From: Eledone cirrhosa
Taxonomy: Eukaryota
Length of the DNA: 64,000 nt
Direction: 5' to 3'
Assembly (NCBI GenBank): GCA_964016885.1
Contig: OZ024741.1
Location: 177,630,001 to 177,694,000 of the forward strand
The notes beneath the pieces were generated by a model that saw only the letters and a program-made list of their open reading frames with translations, was not told the origin of the DNA and ran no database searches. The position numbers and the translations under genes were made by a program. Below are positions 60,875 through 64,000 of this stretch, one piece after another; the first letter of the stretch is position 1, and the number at the start of each line of letters is the position of its first letter.

Positions 60875-61000
60875 GGAGGCGCGTGGCTGAGTGGTTAGAG
60901 AATTAGATTCGCAATCGTGAGGTTGTGAGTCGATTCCCGGACCAAGCGATGCGTTATGACCTTGGGCAAGCCACTTTATTTCACGTTGCTCCTTCTACCT
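60875..61000 (+). mobile_element. tRNA-derived SINE, 5' portion
   Basis: A box TGGCTGAGTGG, B-box-like GAGTCGATTCCC, then CORE-like gaccttgggcaagccacttt. Confidence 0.75.
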
Positions 61001-61087
61001 GGAGTTGCGACCGATAGATAGTATTAGCAATTGGAAAGACCAATGGAAACACTGTTTCCTCGGTCCGATTTGACAAAATGTCGATTG

Positions 61088-61406
61088 CCTGTCGGTACAT
61101 ATATATACAGACTGAATAAAAAATGGCGTAGGCATACAACACAACAGGAGGAACAATGAATATAACACCACTGCAGATGTGCAACGAAAGATTTATGTAA
61201 ATTATGTAAACTATATATATATATATGTGTTTGTGTCTATATTGCATCTGTATTATTTTTGACCGCCGGTCAGTCAATGGCAACATTGAGGACCGAGTAA
61301 GTTAGATCGCAGATATAAAAAAAGACAGCGAGAAGCGAAAACCAACCAAACAGTGAGTGTGTTCTGTTATTAATTCTGGCAATATTACGCAAATATGACC
61401 CTCCCC

Positions 61407-61408
<2 letters not shown>
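61088..61408 (+). mobile_element. Solo 3' end of lineage-B PLE, hammerhead core deleted
   Basis: Near-identical to 23067-23370 but missing acgatgttg from the core. Confidence 0.8.
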
Positions 61409-61437
<29 letters not shown>

Positions 61438-61450
61438 CATATATATATAA

Positions 61451-63641
61451 ACGTTAGAATATGTGTAATAAGGCCAAGACAATGCAGATATGGACATAGA
61501 AAAAAGAATGCAATAGTGAAAGATATTGATGAGAATTCGTCTTTCAGCTTGAATTTATTTAAATGTCCTTAATTTTCGAGATAATATCTCTTCTTCGGAG
61601 GGAAGTAAAAGTCTCAGACCAGCGTCTAAATTTCCAATGAAGCCATGCTGACCGGAAATAGTATAGAGTTCTAACTTTAATATCAAAGAATTAAAATTAG
61701 GTGGGTAAAGAGTAGTCTCCCTTTAAGAGGGGTTTGTTTATGTTTTTGTTGTGTTTTTATAAATTTTATATGCGTGCCTGTATATGTGTGTGGGAGAAAG
61801 CATGAAGGTGTAGGTATGTGGGTGTGTGTGTGTGAGTGTGGGAAGATAGGTCTAATCGTAAAAGTGGGGGGTAGGTGTTATCTGGTGTTAGAACTGGTTT
61901 TGTGTGTGTATGTGTGAGAGAGAATAAGTGGAGGTGTGCGCGTGAGTGTGTGTGGGGTGTGTAAAGTGGGGCTAGAGGCCCTATCAGGTTATAAATTGGG
62001 TGTTGAGCTCTAGTCTATTATTGATTGGTGGATGTGTTCTATCTATAATGAGTGCTTCCTTGATTCTAAGATTGCCGAGGTTTCTTTCCTTAGTTTCTAT
62101 CCTAACTGTTATGTTTTTATCAGTGTTTTTGCATTTAACTAGGTGTTTCTTAAATGAGGAAGCGTTAGTATTGAGGTGTTCTTTTATTCTTATGTGGAGT
62201 GGTCTGGTGGTGCTACCTGCGTAGAAGTTGTTGCATTTGTCACACTCTAGTCTGTAAACTACGTAAGCCTGGTGGCATAGGTCTGTGTCGTTGATGGGGC
62301 AGTTGGCTAGTCTGCAGCAGTTGTCATGTCTGGTGGAGTGTCTCTTAGCTAGCCGTCCACGCAAAGAAGGACCCGAATGGGCCAGTTGAATATCCAGACC
62401 TTCTCGTCTGATGGCTCTGCGGATGGCTGTTGTTGTTTCTTCACTGAAGTGTGGGAGCTTCAGGAAGCAAGTGTTAGTGCCTCGGGTGTGGTGTCCTCTG
62501 TTCTTTCTGGCACGGTTTGTGGTGGATGTCGTGTATCCGTTCAGTTTGAGTACTTCCAGGAAATGTGTGGTGTGTGTGTCTCGGTCTCTGGCGTCGGTGC
62601 ATTTGTTCTTGATACGTGCCAGTTCGTTCTTTATGTATCCGAACTTGGCACCGAGTGGGAGGGCCGATCTGAAATGTACGAACAGGTCCCTGCTGGCGGC
62701 TTTTTTATAGAAGCAGGTGTGGATGTTGCCTTCCTCTGTTACCCTGAGTTGGAAGTCCAGCAGGGATAGGGATCCGCGGTCATCGGGGTGTTCTATGCTG
62801 AACTTTATACTGGCGTCCATGCTGGAGAATGTTGTGTATATTTTCTCTGCCTCCTCACGGGATGATGTAAGGATGAGTATGTCATCTACATATCGGGTGA
62901 AGAAGGCATGGGAATGGCAGGTGTTGAGGGCTCGGCATTCTAGTTGGTTCATGTAAGTGATGGCCAGCAGGCCAGAGAGGCTGGATCCCATGGGTAATCC
63001 TGTTGTCTGTCTGTATGTGTGGTGGTGGAAGGTGAAGTACGTGTTGTCGACTGTGAAGGACAAAAGTTGGTGTATGTCCGTCGGGTGGAGGCCGTAGCAG
63101 TGGATGTTCTCTGCGACCACGCAGTCCGTCAATAAATCGACAGCTGGGTGAGCGGGGACTGTAGTGTAGAGGGAGACAACGTCGAGGCTAAAAGCGTATT
63201 TATTAAGTTTAAGTTGTTCTGGCTGGAGTTGGTGTAATCTACGTATAACTTCGTCGGAGCTACTGACATGTCCGGGGAAGGTGGAGAGTAGAGGCTTGAG
63301 GACCTGGGAGAGAAGCCAGGAAATTTTGTATAGGGGTCCTTCTATGCTAGAGACGATGGGTCTTATATGCGTCTTAGTGCTATTCTTGTGGGTCTTGATG
63401 AGGTGGTAGAAAGTGGGCAGTCTGCTATTTCTAGTGGTGTAGTTGAGTTTAATTTTATTCGGGAGTTGTCTTCTCCTACAGATATCGAACCAAATGGAGT
63501 TGGTCTGTTTTTCGATTTGGGCTGCGGTCATGTCCGGGATCACTGTGTACAGTTCACTGTCGCTTAGGTGTTCGAAGGCTAGGTTATTGTATGTGGCTTG
63601 AGAGATGACGCAGAACTCTTTACCTTTGTCGGATGGTAAGT
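61451..63641 (-). mobile_element. Penelope-like element lineage C (Penelope/Poseidon-like), 5'-truncated, ORF open
   Basis: Real ORF 61984..~63641: [67 protein letters not shown]. The annotated N-terminus is TA repeat. Confidence 0.92.
61567..61601 (-). ncRNA. Minimal hammerhead (CCGAAGA core) in lineage-C 3' region
   Basis: cct-CCGAAGA-agagata-t-tatctc-GAAA-at-TA-agg. Confidence 0.62.
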
Positions 63642-63766
63642 AATATATATATATACATACATATATATATATATACATATACATATATATATATACATAC
63701 ATATATATATATACATATACATATATATATATACATATACATATATACATATACATATATATATAC

Positions 63767-63865
<99 letters not shown>

Positions 63866-64000
63866 CATAGATATTTATATACATATATATATATCCATAT
63901 ATATATATATATACATAGAGATATATATACATATAGATATATACATATATAAATATATATATACATAAATATATATATACATATATATATACACACATAT

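Noticed and set aside
60875-60945. Functional tRNA gene
   Set aside because: Cloverleaf is degenerate and continues into a SINE core.

Overview
This is AT-rich, repeat-saturated eukaryotic DNA. A cephalopod such as Octopus is my inference from the (TA)n load and the tRNA-derived SINE; it is not proven. I see no host gene, and all YIYI/MYIY ORFs are microsatellite artefacts. Long (TA)n/(TACA)n tracts are interrupted by three lineages of Penelope-like retroelements (PLEs; RT plus GIY-YIG), a deleted Helitron, two CR1-group LINE copies, an R4/Dong-like RLE LINE end, RTE-like 5' fragments, a SINE and a possible solo LTR. The main unannotated signal is that most of the short non-coding islands between TA tracts carry a type I hammerhead ribozyme (HHR). 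By eye I count about 35 motifs in more than 15 sequence-unrelated families. They sit in tandem units (312, 474, 482, ~559, 591 nt) and/or in 3'-ends-outward inverted repeats. They include compensatory U3-A8 cores, U4 variants, very long stem-II inserts and palindromic stem III. Several are fused in the same sense to PLE coding fragments. Together this suggests a diverse community of (TA)n-targeted, PLE-mobilised non-autonomous retrozymes. All folds and alignments were made by eye and need computational and in vitro confirmation.
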